Below are positions 11,201-25,400 of a stretch of 64,000 bases of DNA, piece by piece. The DNA is taken from positions 1 to 64,000 of the forward strand of contig KZ538064.1 of the NCBI GenBank assembly GCA_000934665.2, given 5' to 3'. Each line of letters opens with the position of its first letter. The first letter of the stretch is position 1. A program made the translations under genes and the position numbers. The notes beneath the pieces are model-generated. The model saw only the letters and a program-made list of their open reading frames with translations. It was not told the origin of the DNA and ran no database searches. Origin of the DNA: Catajapyx aquilonaris. Its lineage: Eukaryota.

Positions 11201-13143
11201 TCTCTCTCTCTCTCTCAAAAAAAAAGAGGGCCGCAAAGGGACAAACCCGGTTTCAAATTTTACAAATCGCGTTTACGATATTGATTTCCACTTTAATAAG
11301 GATAACCATAGTTGACAGAAGCTTCGGGGAGTGGGAGGGGGTGGTATGTGTGATGAAAATTAATGGCGTTTGTCACCTAGGAAAATATTGACAGAATCAC
11401 ATATCGCTCCTATCGCTTGTGAACCAATCAGGCAGTAACATCATCAACCCCCCGCTGCCCATACACACCCCCTTTTCCAACATATACTCATCTTGACAAC
11501 GAAGCGTGGCGAGTTAATTTCGACGCAAGACCCAACAACCCGCTGTTTGTCACGGATATGGTTATTAAGTATGATTTTTCACGCCCTACATGTTATTAAT
11601 GCATATAGGAGGGGAGGGGAAGGGGATTGTTGGAACTAGGGCCCCCCCACAAAATATTTCGCTAAAAACGAAGCTGATGAATTAATCGCCGGGATTGCCC
11701 GAACATAGACCCATCCCCACCCACCACAACCCGCTGCCACTCCCCCAAACAACAACAAAAAAATTTCAATATCGACCTTTCAGAGCCCCCTGTTTACCGC
11801 ATAAACAATACATTACCAGTAACCGAGGACAATAAGGGATAATTAAACACCAACAACGGAAGAATAACAAGCGAAGAGAAGAATTTCAGTGTCAACATTT
11901 TGAATGCGCATTCAAATTATTATTGTCGGTTCCCGGCCTAGTGTTCCCCTTGCATTGTATATGGAAGCTTGTAAACATCCCCCATCGGATTATGGGCGTT
12001 ACAGTGGTCTACATGCAGTTTCGTAATCAATAGCAATTTGGAAGAAATTTGCGCCCATGTTTACTCTGGTAATCCATGCAAAGAGAGAGGCCGCTTTTGA
12101 TGTTATATCTTCTGGATACATGAGCTTGCGGGGCTATATGCAACCCGCTTTACTGGCAGGGTCCGGGGGTGGTCTCCGGGCCTATTAAGCATGTAAGACG
12201 CGGAGTCCAATCGTGGATGGAAGCAACGGAGCGTCTCTCCATTATATATCCTGCCGTTCTCCAGCACTACATAGTTCCCAGGCTGCAGGCACAGCATGCA
12301 GGATTCAAGCAACTCAACCAAGCACGTGGCCTGCATTTGTCCGCCAAGTGGACACAGACGACAAATCACATTCCGCGGAAGGCTCTTTTTTTTCTTCTTC
12401 TTCTTTCAAGGAAGGGTGGGAAGGAGGGGGCGATCTTAAAGCCCCATCAGCGACACCACAGAAGCGGCCTCTTTTGTCTCCGGCCTGGTCAGTGCCGCCC
12501 AAAGGACGCCGCTCGAGGGGGTGGGTGGGATGGGAGGAAAGTTGCCTTCGATTTGCGGGAAACTCGTACCCGGTGGGGGAAGATGATGGAAAACCTGGAC
12601 CAGGGACCTGACAAGCTGTAAATGCAATTTCTGCACTTTTGGCCATTCCTCGAGTGGACCTACTTTCTCCGGTGGGGGTGACGCAAAGGGGGGCGAAGGA
12701 CAGATGAGACATCTACGGACGGAGGCTGTCTCCCACGAGAGGAATTAGCCAAGTTCCCCATATCCTTCTAAGGGTATATATAGTGCCAGGATGAAAGTTG
12801 CGTTGGGTTGTTCTTAACGTATAGGTCAACAACTGAACATTTTTGTGTCCTTCTCCAGAGGTTGGTGTGACGTCACTAAGGTGCAAAAAAATGGGGTGGT
12901 AACCAAGTGTTAATGGCATTAGCTCTTCTGCGTCCTCAATTCCGACCCGGACAAGCCCCAAAATCGGCCACTGGCGTGACCGATGGCGTTTTAAGGATGA
13001 GCAGCAATGGAATAAAAAGTAATGAGGTAATGACTGACTGATTAATTGCGCTGCCTGATGCGAACGCGGACTGTATTTAGTACCTAACGAATCGGTAGGC
13101 CCGCCTCCAAACAGTCCATTGTGCTAATCACCACGGTGTTTAT

Positions 13144-13210
13144 CAGGGTGCAATGTTCAAGCCGTTACCGAAAATCAGATACTTCGGTTGCAAATTTTGA
13201 ACACACCCCT
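13144..13210. mobile_element. Degenerate hairpin-like mini-element, possibly of the CAGGGTG class
   Basis: CAGGGTGCAATGTTCAA at the left end pairs imperfectly with TTGAACACACCCCT at the right end. There is an inner ACCGAA/TTCGGT pair. Confidence 0.28.
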
Positions 13211-15060
13211 TTTTCCATACTACCAAAAACAGGATTTTTTTTCAAGCATGATTTTGCACCTATTTCGACCTAATACTACAGTGTATAACGGAAGTACCGT
13301 TTTTCATCGTCTGTGTAATTTACAACACGAGGTTAATGGCCAAATATTAATATAACTTAAGAGTACAATTCAGCTGGGATACCAAGCATAATGCAATCCG
13401 CACTCTGTTATGAATCCCAGTCGGGTCATGATTCACCCCGACCAATTTGGCCTCCAGTCAAACCGTAATGCTGTAAAACAGGCGGCCATTCTCTCTCCCT
13501 CTCAGCATAGGTGGCCCAGGCTCTTATATTTTGCCAACCAGAACTCTTCCCATGTCGCAAAAAAAAGCAGGCCAGACGTGCTCGGAAAATGTAAAAAGCT
13601 CCTTTTTGCCTCAATAAAATGCGCTGCACAATATCATGAATATGGATACTCAATTGCACATCTGCCTACATTAATGCGACCCCAAGACTAACTGGATGGA
13701 GTTGACCTTTTCCGCTTCTCTTTTTTTCGACTTGCTAAGAGTTTCTTTTTTTACTCCCAGCTCCCCTTTTTTTCCTCCCAAAATAATAAGAACGTATGGC
13801 CCGCATGGTCTTGCAGTTCTTAACTCAGTCCGCACAAAGCGTTATTATCGGGTCTTGGGCTCCCTTCCTTTTTATACGAGCTATTAACACTGTCGGCGGG
13901 GATTACGAATCTCCGGAAATTGTTGGCGGTCACTTGGAGAGAGAGAGAGAAAAAAGGGATTAGACCGAGAAGAAAATTGAGTCTCGCAGACTTTGGTGTT
14001 CAATTTGGTCGACTGTAACTCAGGTTGCTCTGCTCTGGACGTAAAGGCGTATGGCTATATTCCATGTAATTAGCAGAGGGATACAGTATTTGGACCAATT
14101 GCAATAAATAACAGGACCGATAGTGTGTGTGGGAGAGAACCCCAAGTATTTATCGCCACGTAATTTGTGGCTTGCAGTGCATGTACGTGATTGTTGCTGC
14201 AAGTTATCAGTGCACTTTCATTACATCAGCCTGGTGTGAAGTTACGGTTCGGTGTTGCCAATTTGCTGTATAGTGTGGTCCAACATGAAACGAATATGCC
14301 TTGTAACTTATTATAACTGACACAGACAATTGGTGCCGTGCGGTGGAGCCGAAATTGCTACTCCAGAAAATGACCCGCCCTGGCAGTCCGAGAAATGGCA
14401 TAGGAAACACGCTCCTGCGGCCACGACCAAGTAATAGCAGTAACCACAAATCTAACCCCCCGAGCACTGGTAGTGTAACCGCCTTCTCGAGGAGCCTCCG
14501 CAAACAGGAAGAACCTTGGCTTCCATTTGGTGCACTGCGCCCTCAGGCAGAGACAGAATGCAGTCGAGCTTACCCCACGCCTCCGCCATTGGCGCTGCGG
14601 GTGCCATTCAAAACGTGCCATCGCCATTCCCTTCCCAGGAGAAATCTTAAAAGCTAGGACAATGTATCATGCGGGAATTCAACGTTTGCTCCGCTTTTCT
14701 ACTCTCTGCATCCAGAGAAAAACGGCTAAATTAAGAGAATTTATATTAACCAGTGTTATTCATATTTCCCGTCTGGAACGGCATGAATGAGTATGACACT
14801 TTACCGCCAGAATTGATTGGTATATGATTTTTCTGAAGAGCATTAATTGACTCTTTTTAAACAACTGTACCGTTTCATTTACGTATGATAATAAAAAAGC
14901 AAGGTCCTAACTAGGAGATGAAGTGAGTCAGTAGTAGTGTAATATTCTCACGACATTCCCAGCCCTTACCAATTACAGCAGCACTTATCACTGCTCCTTC
15001 CCGAGTTTGTATGAGCCTCCTTATTCCCATCCCACCATCCTGACCCCCCCCCCCCCCCGG

Positions 15061-15192
15061 NNNNNNNNNNNNNNNNNNNNNNNNNNNNNNNNNNNNNNNN
15101 NNNNNNNNNNNNNNNNNNNNNNNNNNNNNNNNNNNNNNNNNNNNNNNNNNNNNNNNNNNNNNNNNNNNNNNNNNNNNNNNNNNNNNNNNNNN
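15061..15192. other. Assembly gap (132 N) flanked by poly-C and poly-G tracts
   Basis: A run of N. Further N at 16795-16797 and 18064 also lie in poly-C tracts. Confidence 0.98.
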
Positions 15193-16042
15193 TTTAATTG
15201 CATGGGTGCAGGGGGGGGGGGGGATATCAGGAGCACACCCTTAATGATGATTGGCCCTAATAATTCTGGAGTCATCGGCGACCAAAAGTCTAAAGTCGCT
15301 CTCTATAGGAAGGAGTGAGAGGAAAAAAAGAGTGAGAAGAGTTGGTTGATAATACTGCCTACATGAAGAAATTTGGTAGTAAAAGTCGCTGGTGACACTT
15401 TACGACGCGGTGCAAATTGGAGAAAGGTTTTACGACCTCACTTTTTTTTAAACTCCAACCCCCCCACTACTTTCAACCCCTGCCCAACAATGTAAATTAA
15501 ACTGACGCGAACAGCCAGCTCCAGCTGCTGGAATAAGAAGCCCTACTCTTAAGTGACGGAGAAAAACGGTGGAATTAAGTGGAGTCGAGGATTTTCTTTT
15601 TTAAACAGAAATTTCGGGCATTGGTGCTGGGAGGTCCCCCCACTTGAACTGAAAATGAATCGGAAAAAGGCAAGAACATTACCGAAATGGATTTTTCAAC
15701 AAATACTTTTTGTGCAGCAGACACGGGTCCGATTGCCGGGCTTGATCCGACTTAATCTCCCCTTTTATAGCCTATGATCATCGATTGTACGTATAAGGGA
15801 TCATTAGCGACATTTCTCGAACCATTTCTGCTAAAATGTTTTTTTTTTTGCGCGCAATCTCACATTATCGGATATTGGTAATGTTTTCCTATAACAAAAA
15901 AGGCTGTCCTGCCCACGTTCGTAATTAAGTAGTTACTCTAGAAACCAGTTTAAATACTTACAATATGTGTTTAGCTTCTCTTTGGAAATATTCATATTAT
16001 TGCAAATTATCCTCGACGAATGATTGCAATATTTTAAGCCAG

Positions 16043-16044
<2 letters not shown>

Positions 16045-16108
<64 letters not shown>
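16045..16108. repeat. (AT)32 microsatellite
   Basis: Uninterrupted AT dinucleotide run. Confidence 0.97.
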
Positions 16109-16111
<3 letters not shown>

Positions 16112-16451
16112 TCCAGAACCAAGAACCAAGATTAAACTTTGGCAAGTACTTGGCAGATCGCTTTTGACACAAGGCCACGGATGAAATTAATCTCGCTCCA
16201 GGAGCTGACTCACTGTTGCTCTTATTAAATTTCATATTTTGAGCGAGATCAACCGGCGGTAAAGTTAACCGGGTTTCCTATTTTGACTGCTATGATTAAA
16301 AAGTTCGGCACCGCCTAAAAAGTTTCTAAGCAGCAAGGGGGGGGAAGACCGCCGCAGAAATTTTATTTACCGCCGGAATATACATCGATTAAACTAAGAG
16401 GTTTTCCCACACTTGATAACTACGCTGTACAAGTACATCGGCCTGATTGTA

Positions 16452-16466
16452 CAGGGTGTGTCATAA
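16452..16466 (+). repeat. Solo TIR-like end CAGGGTGTGTCATAA, identical to 36862-36876
   Basis: An exact 15-mer shared by two sites 20 kb apart, preceded by TA here. No partner TIR was found. Confidence 0.4.
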
Positions 16467-19400
16467 GTAGGATCTAGCATTTTTTTTGCTCAAGTTTTTG
16501 AATCCTGGATGGTTGATTGGAGAATACCGCTGTTGTGATGGTTGAGTGCAAAGTGAGGGGGCACCCCCGATTCATTATTATAATTACTCCCCCTGAATAA
16601 ACACCAGTTCATGTCGGTTATACGGAAATGCTTGATTATCCAGTCAAAACACTTGACGATCCAACGATTTTTCAATTTGGGGCCCGCTCATGCTGACACC
16701 GCCAAGTCGTTCCGGCCAATGGGTTGCAAGTGGCAGACGGAATTATGGGATGCCGCCGCCCTTCCTTTGGCAATTAATTTTTTTAAAGCAGCCCNNNCCC
16801 CCCCCCCCCCCTGTACACCATTCTCTCCATCCCCCCCATCCAAGCTCGTCAAATTCAAAAGTCCGCGAGGGAAAAGACGGTTCATTATCTTAATGCCCGG
16901 TCCGTGTGGCGTGCTCGGAAAATATGGCCAGATTATACCACGCGTTGTTATCTCCCCCCGCTATCAGCTAATTGCCTGACATCGGTGTGAGAAATGCACA
17001 ACTACTGGCATTTCCACTAATCAACGGGCCCTCGATCATTTGCCCAAATCGCGGTGTAATTGCAGCCCAAAATCCCAATCAAAGGTTTGCAATTTTGACC
17101 ATGTGGCATGCAGGGTTGCATACCCCTGACATACACACACCTATAAAAAGAACAGCATGGTGTGGGAGTAATCCACTCTTTGCAGTTCCTCAGGCTTAAG
17201 CGGCATTTAAGGCCGGGTCCAAATTGCAGCCAGCCTTGAAAAAAGAGTGTTGGGGGGATGCTTTTTTTCCCCCTGAAGAAAAGGAGTCCAGATTGTTCCG
17301 CAGCCTTGGACCTTCCAATTGATTGCCTCTGCTGGGTGGGTGTGGGAGAGGTTGCTTTGAGGAGTAGAAGGCACACTCACAAAAAAGAGAAACATGTTCC
17401 TGCCGCCAACACATGGGTAGCTTCAACCAAATAGTGGTATAAAAATGATTTGTGGTCATCCTCCCTTCCAGCCAGTCCAGGGCGTAAAAGATACTTTCCC
17501 GCCTTCTTTTCAGGATAAGACTACGGAAGGAGACCTGCGCATGCACTGCATATGGATCAAACTAATGGATAAAGTGCCCTATAAACTATCCAAAAAAAAC
17601 ACTCTGGCCAATCAGTTCTCAAAATCTGCAAAAAAAAAAAAAAATAGCACGAGAACACATAATACTGTAAACAATGTTCTGAAATTTTTTTACGTGACAA
17701 TTATTTTGTAAAACAATATCCGCAATTTCTGATTCGTCAATATCATTTCCATGTTTTCCAGTCACGTTTTGTGACACCAATCCTATTTTGGAATTACACA
17801 CAGTATTTGACATGCTACATAATAACCCGATATCAATGCTATCGCGTATCATTCCCGCAATTGTGCATCGAACGAGCATCATCATAATTATGCCCTCGCT
17901 TTAAATACGTTTGTCAGTTTGACTCGGGTCATAAGGGCAGGTCGGCTCATGAATTAACCTCCCTTATTGTTGGAGCCCTAACTTAATCTCGGGTCGAGCA
18001 TTTTGCCAGCATAATTTTTTTTCCTTCTTTTTTTATTTCAACAGGCGACCTCTCCCCCCCCCCNCTCAACTCACATCCACCCCCCTCCAGTCATTACGGA
18101 GTAATCAAGCTGGAAAATATTGAGCAAGGCGGGAAAATAGCGGAACGATGTGGCGGGAAAAAGTGCCCGCTAATTTCAACAAAATCCAATCGGCCGCCCC
18201 CACGTGTTTGTCATTACCGGTCGGCAGAAGAGAAAAATTCGGCGCCGGGATGAAAACGACTCAGGGGACGAAAGCAATCAGCGTTCAGATTCTGCCTCTC
18301 TTTTTTTGTAAAAAAAAATAGAGAAAAAAGCGAGAAAAATCAACCCCACCCACTCATTATTTGAAATGTCGCTAGGTACAAGAGGGACAACTTCTTACAT
18401 CCGGATCAAATGCAGATTGCACCGAAATATTTACTCAAGTGTAACCATTTTTTTTTGAAAAAAAATTATACGCATGGACGTATGAGAGTATGTGCAGTAC
18501 ATTACGTTCTATACAAATCCGTGTCCTATCCATCAACTCTATTTAAAAAAATTGGCGTCAGGAAACCTGTCAGATGCTGGTTGCCTACGATACTCGCGTT
18601 TCAAGCCAAATCATGGCGTGTAATCGAGACTCGCCATAACATGAGTGGGAGTGTGGAAATTTGAAACAGGAAAAGCTCAAATCCGGCAGATTGAATTTTT
18701 GTGTGTGTGTGTGTAATACCGTGGTGTTACTATCCGGAGGATTAGAAGCTCATAAAATGGGGCTTTGGCAAAAAATGGCGGCCGGATACACGCCCGGGAA
18801 TTAGCCCAGGATGGAAGTGACTCATTCCGCCGTCTATCTAGTGAAGTATGTTCTCGAAGATACAGGGGGTGAATGGATATGGGAGCAGTTCTTTAAACCC
18901 ACTGCCGCCTTGAAGGTCCGTGCATGTTCATCTTGCATTCCGGAATGGATCCGGGGCGAAAAGCTAGCGAAAAGGAGAATAGTTGTCAGCCTTTGGCTCC
19001 GGCGGCAAGGCTTTTAAATGGAGGAAATGGATCGAGTTCTTTAAAGAGTGGATTGCTTTCCATGCCGTCATAAAAGACGACTCACGAAGTAAAATCCCGT
19101 GCTGGGCGGGAGAACACCCGGATTTTCAAAGGCGCATAAAATCGGGGGGTTGGAAAAGGAAAGAGGGGGGGGGGGGGGTTGGCTGCTTCTGCGATGGCTT
19201 CGGCTCAGAAACTACGTCACTCACTGCCTGTATAACTTCCTCCTTACCTTGGAATTACGCTTTTGGACTCGATTCGCGTGGAGATTTACCGGGCTTAACT
19301 GCCGGGTGTATATGGACGTATATATTCGATGGAGGAAAGACAAGCAACAAAAGACACATTGTGATCTCAGCAACGCTTACATTTACACTTCTTTTTAATA

Positions 19401-22400
19401 TTTATGCGTTTAAAATCTAGCTTGATTCTACTGGTTTGAAAACACACCACGCAACACGAACGATATTTTAATAATATAGGCCTGCCATAATTTTATAGTG
19501 TCCAGATAGGTGCAAAATTCTGGTTGTGTAACAACATTTGCTCCTGGAACATGCGGTTCACGCGGCTCCAAATAATAATTAAATGATAGTCTATAATGTG
19601 AGTGAATTGATACATATAATTACCTATGAATAATTCACACTGGAGCACTTAACGAGTCGCGATGAATATTTGATATTAAACCTCAACAAATGATCAGAGG
19701 GCCCGATTGGTATGTCCCATCGCAATGTTGTGTCCTCCAGTCCAGAGCCTATAACAGTTCCTAGGAGCATGACCCCTTCTGGTGTGACCCGATTCCCTTC
19801 ATTGGCCCCCCCACGGCCCTCCCAAAACCCAGCCAGACATCCAGCCAGCCAGCTTTTGATCTACAGGGCGACAACACCACGGGAGCAATAAGGCTGGAAT
19901 CTTGCCCATTAGTCCCTGAAGAGGAAGTCAAATAGGAGACGTGTCTAGGAAGGCAATTAGGCCTGCAGCACCACTGTCCTGGCTGCATGACCCGTTGCCT
20001 CACTCATTATCCGGATAGATCCCTTGAATTTCCTCCTATTGGCCCGTTGTGTTTTTCATTGCCATTGAATTGTTGAATAACAATGAGAAACATGATCCGA
20101 TCTACGAAACTTTCTTTAGGCTGGGTTCGACCGTCATTGAGTCTTTTTGATTGGGATCTGCCAGTCAGCGCCAACCACAACGACAGCCACACCCGTGTGA
20201 ACCCAGCTTCAGAGACCTATATAGCTGTGAAAGGGAGAACTAAAGTGTGTCCGATTTTCTCCCAAAGTGCGTGGGATTCCAGGAGCAGACAACATTGAGT
20301 GCTCAAGCCTGGAACGACCCTGACTCCTCGGGGCAAAAACATCCTCTCCCTTTTGCAAAGAAAAGGAACCATCCATTACAGCGGGGCTTGAGAGGCCCGG
20401 TGAGATAATCCGACCATTGTGAGAGCACCAGACTTATATGTATACACTGTCCCTTTCCCGGACATAAAACGGATTCTTAAGGTTTTCCAGGGCACGTTTT
20501 TCCAGACCGCTGCGCTGCCCGTTTTCCCGTCTGGTTTCCGGGCTGTTCTCCGGAGCAAACAACAGTTGTGTATACAAAGGAATCGGGCGAGAGATTAAAG
20601 GACCGTCATGTCATAGGTATGTAAATGAGTGGGAGGGCCGGGTGTGAATAATTGTCTCGCCGGAATTTGCGAGGCTTTTGCCGCCTTATCCTTTTCCTCA
20701 AGACGAAAATCGGAGTCTCTTAGCAGTCATCATCCCGATGCTTTAACGAGATTTTGTCAACTGGAAAACGTAAGTGGGGTCCGGTTTTGTTCCTAATTCT
20801 TTTATCGGTTTGTGGCAGCGGGTTGCTACGGATTTGTAAAAAAAGAAGAAGTTGGGGGGTAGAAGCAGCAGTCCGTGGTGTTTGTCCCGTCGTTTTGCTT
20901 TTTCCTCCAGGAGTAATCGCTCGGAAATTAGTCGGATCCTTCCGGTTGCTTGGAAATGAAGAGAAGACGACCCCAAAAGCCAAAAGGAAGTGCCGCAGAG
21001 ACGTCGCCAACCTTTGGGGGTTTTTGGTCCGGTGACCAAGCATCAGTCGTCAGTGTCACGCATCACGTAGTAAAACTGGGCCAGAGCTAGAATAACCTAT
21101 AGCAAAAGCTTTCGCCACTGCAAATCTCGAAATGGGTGTAAAATATTGCTCTCATCCTCCGACCCTCATTCAGAGTTACGCTCCAATTCGGTGTGCAAAT
21201 GACATCGATTTGACAACTCCCAGCAGGCAGGTTTGGAATAGGGGAAGAGCCACCTGATTCCGCGAGAAGGGAAGAATTCGCACCTTCCTGTTGGCAAAAT
21301 GTTTCACTCAACCGGAGCGTAAATGACGTCCATCTTGGCTGACACAAAACCTTCCCTTGTAATCCAGCTTAATATCCCAGGGCACATGAGGCAAAGTACC
21401 TGGAAAGGAGTTACGGAGCAGGCCAAGTGGGACAAGTTCCTGAGTGAGATTCCTAATACCACCCCTCCCCTTTTCCTGGCCCATCCCCTCCCTTCATCAT
21501 GTTGACGCCCAGCGCATAAATCCTCTGATTAATATTCCACGTCCTACTCTGGGCATCAAGGGGGCTTCTTCCTCCTCCTCTCCCCTACCTCCCTACCTCC
21601 CTCCACAAGAAAACGGAACGGATAATGGAACCAGTGCTAAGTCCCCATTATAGAATGGTGATTATGCCTTCACCAGGAAGGGAAGGAAGCCGACGGATAG
21701 ATTACTTCGCCGGAAAAAGAAACCATTACCTCTTCTCCCTCTGCACCAGCCAGGGATTTATAAGGCCAGCCCCCGGCAGTTATAATGTTATGCGCTCAAC
21801 ATACGCTTCCGATTGGCCTGATTGATGGAGACTGTACCGGCTCTCTGCGCATTTTAATCGATGTTCAAAGGACAAGTTCTTTATCGAGAGAGAAAATGAT
21901 TCTCCGAGAGATTCACAATAATCTTCCTGTTGACAAGATGTGTGTGGGTGTGCATGACGAGCAGCAAATATTGGCACGTCGTCCCTTATTGAAAGCACAT
22001 AGGATGTATTCATCCCAGGGTTTGCCTTCCGGGCAATAAAAACCTGTACCTGTGTAACTTGGGGAGTTTGGGCTCAATAAAGCCAGGTAAATTCGAAGTC
22101 ACCAACAATATAGCCGTGCATCTGATCGATCCTACAGTCAACTTGCACAAGTCGTTTGCGCGCAGTTTCTGATGCAAACAATCCCGATACAGTATGACTA
22201 TGTGGCACTGTACACCCATGGGCGCAAAACAGCAGTAATTGAAACTTAGTTTCTCATTCCACACAGAGGTGTAATTTAAAGTAGCAGCTAACTCAGACAG
22301 CTAATACAAAACAAACAACAATATTTGCTTTCAGTTTGCACCAGTACAACCGAGCACCATCAGGTTTAAAAATATATATTCTAGAAGTCATCAGCAATTG

Positions 22401-25400
22401 TTGGATCAACAAACCCAGGGACAATCGATTAGCTGAGGCAGCCAGCTAGACACTTTGGCGGTGTCGGAGTAAAGTACAGTGAAGACACTTCCTTTCATGT
22501 CGCTTATATTTAAACAACGGTGTGCTTTGACTGCTCCTGGGCTGCGGATGGTGTGGTCAGGTCGCGTCGGAGCAGCAAAGACTCGGTCTGACATGAAGTA
22601 AGCCGCAAAGATTCATCTAGTAATTAAGCGGCCATCAACACTGAAAAATCAGTTGAAAGAGGCATCTCCTGAGAGCTATTATTTAAAGTACCAAATAATG
22701 TAACTAAGAAAAGAGCGACAAAATAAAAATCGGAGTATCGTATTAAGCAGCATCGTCTTAGATACCACTTGATCAGGAGCAAAGGTTCGGAATTATTTTT
22801 AATTTAGTGTAGCTAACGAAATTACCGCCACAGCAGCGTAATTGAGACACACTGAAAGTGTAATTCAGCAATATGCTGTCCGTTACCCTAGCTGCGGTCG
22901 GCGTGGTTTCAGTTATCGCTGGCATCAAAATCACTGCTGTTTGGCGGTTTTTTCGGGGCCTAGGGCACATCCCAGCACCTTTACCTGGCCTGACCTGTAC
23001 GTGCACTGTCATTGCTGTACCTAGAGGACAATTTTGTCTTAGAAATCCGCAATGAGCCTGAATCCTATAGTGGAAATTCGCACCTTTGCCGCCATACGTT
23101 ATTAGTGATTAGTAACTTGCAGTCTAATTATGGCAAGTACAATTTTTCACAGGCACCCACGTCCACTAATTTTCCATCGCTGACCATCCGGTGCAGCAAG
23201 CCGAATCCCTTCGGTCATCCTTCTTTGTTACGTTAATTAGTCAAGTAATCAAAAGCTCGTTACGGAACTGTCATGTGTACTTAATTGTGCCGAGCCTTTT
23301 CCCTGGAGACGCAATCCCAAAGCCTGCCAAAACCGTGTTTTGTTAGACATTCAGTGCCTATCAATCTGACTTTTGCATGCTTCTCTTTCCCTCCCTTTAG
23401 AGGCGTGAGTTTTAGCAGTTAGGAGCAATTAAAATGCCCAGGGCCATTATTTTGGCAACTTCAACTTTGTGTCCAGTTCTCTTCAGTACGTCCAGAGCAT
23501 CCTGGCGTAATATCGCAGTGAAAGGTTTGTGTCACCGAAGGATTTTCGTAGATGAAAGGTACACTCAAAAAAATAGAGCTGCGTGTCACTATGGAATCCG
23601 CGTTCATTAGGATGTAAATCACAATAATTATTTGACGCCTGCCTTTTCTGCCAGTTTTTTTTTTTGCAACATCCTGACGCTGTTCCACGCTGGTTTTTTT
23701 TTGTGTTTCAGAGTCGATCGGACCAAGGATTTAACTCGCATTATTCATTCTTAAGCCAGCTGGGGCCAAGTGAGGTCATCTTTTAATCCGAGTTGTACGT
23801 TTATACATAGCGGTAAAACCGGGTCCCCAAATTGCCAGATTTACTGATGACATTTGCAGGGGACGCCCTGGGTACTTTCAAGCTTTTTTAGAGCTACAAT
23901 GTAAGTGCTACAGTACAGAGATGGAAAACAAGTAGGGTTTATTTTGTAACATGGCTTAGTACGAGTTATAGAAATGTCAAAGAGTAAGTTGGAAATAAAT
24001 GCTGTCGTGACATTTCATATTATTTTTGATCCGAGTTAATTTAAGTGATGTTCACTTTCTCTAAATATTTAAACTGTGCTATTTCTCGATGTATTGTAGT
24101 TAGTTTTCGCTCTACTATAGTCTCACGTCCGATTCATAGCGTATTCCGTCTTAAATATTGCAATACATTAGCAAAGCAAGGAATAATACATACTTGCACT
24201 CGGCCATTCATATTTTGCAGGGTACTATACCTTCTGGCTTACGTTTCACCAGCACATTATCCTATTCATAACTTGAATACCTTCTCCATCTTCCTCATGC
24301 AAAATAAACTTTTCGCCGGCCATCCCGCAAGGATGAAATTAATGTAAACTTACTGTACGCGCAGAAAAATATACGGTACGCAATTATGCAAATTCCATAG
24401 TGCATACGGGTAATGATATGCATAGGGGGAGGGAAACTACAGTTTGCATTGCATGTACCGGCCCAACGGAACAAAGAACCTGCATTTACGCTCGTATGCA
24501 CACAGCATCTCGCCTTACGACCAGAATTTAAGCAGCCTGTATCCTAGACATAGAATTTGCTTTTTTTTAAATGTGCGTGTGTGTGCATATAACATGCAGT
24601 TGGCAACAGTGTACCAATAACACGAGTGCTGCTGGCCAATCATAATGGAGCTTTGGTGGGCATCCCCTGATGGACAAACCCCCACAGTTTGAACCCCAGC
24701 CCGTGCCCATGGAGCATTGGAAACGAATTACAGTGTTCCAACAGGGGACTATCGTAATCCGCGTAATAATTTCGCCAACCTTTGCAGCATGCTCGCAGGC
24801 CGCAACATGTTACCTAGCTGCGTAGCTGCGGGACACTAATTCAGCATAACTGACGTTTTATTGCGTTACTTGCATGGACCCCTAAAGGGGATGGCTCGCG
24901 TTGTTTGTTCGCGCAGTGAAGGGTGAGGTTAACCACTGTCTGCTCACAGTTTCAATCCAGGTGTTGTGTGGACGTTAATAAAAGAAGCGTGAAAATAATA
25001 ACAAAAATAGTAATAATAAAAAATCGATCCCGGAGACGACCTGTTGAAACCCTAGGCTTTTCCTCTTCCCCCAGTCACAGGATGATTAATTATTTAGGCA
25101 AATATTCAGCAACCTATTAGGGGGGTTTCGGCTGGGATCTAATTACCTTGTGAGTCGTAATAAAGATTAATCCTTCCAAGCCACATCTTGCAAGGAAAGC
25201 TAAGAGGGTAATTTAAGAAAATGGAATGACCCAGAGAGAGTTTGTTATTAATGCGAGTAGCAAGAGAGCTGAATAGCACATGCCCGTTATTGTGTAAATT
25301 CGGAGTAAATGACCCAGAAGGTTGCGGAGGGGTCGTCCTTCACAACCTAATCTGGGTCCCCCTGACTAAATATTTATTTCTCATTAGAGAAGAAGATGGG

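Noticed and set aside
15933..16235. ORF with an (IY)n repeat
   Set aside because: It is the translation of the (AT)32 microsatellite.
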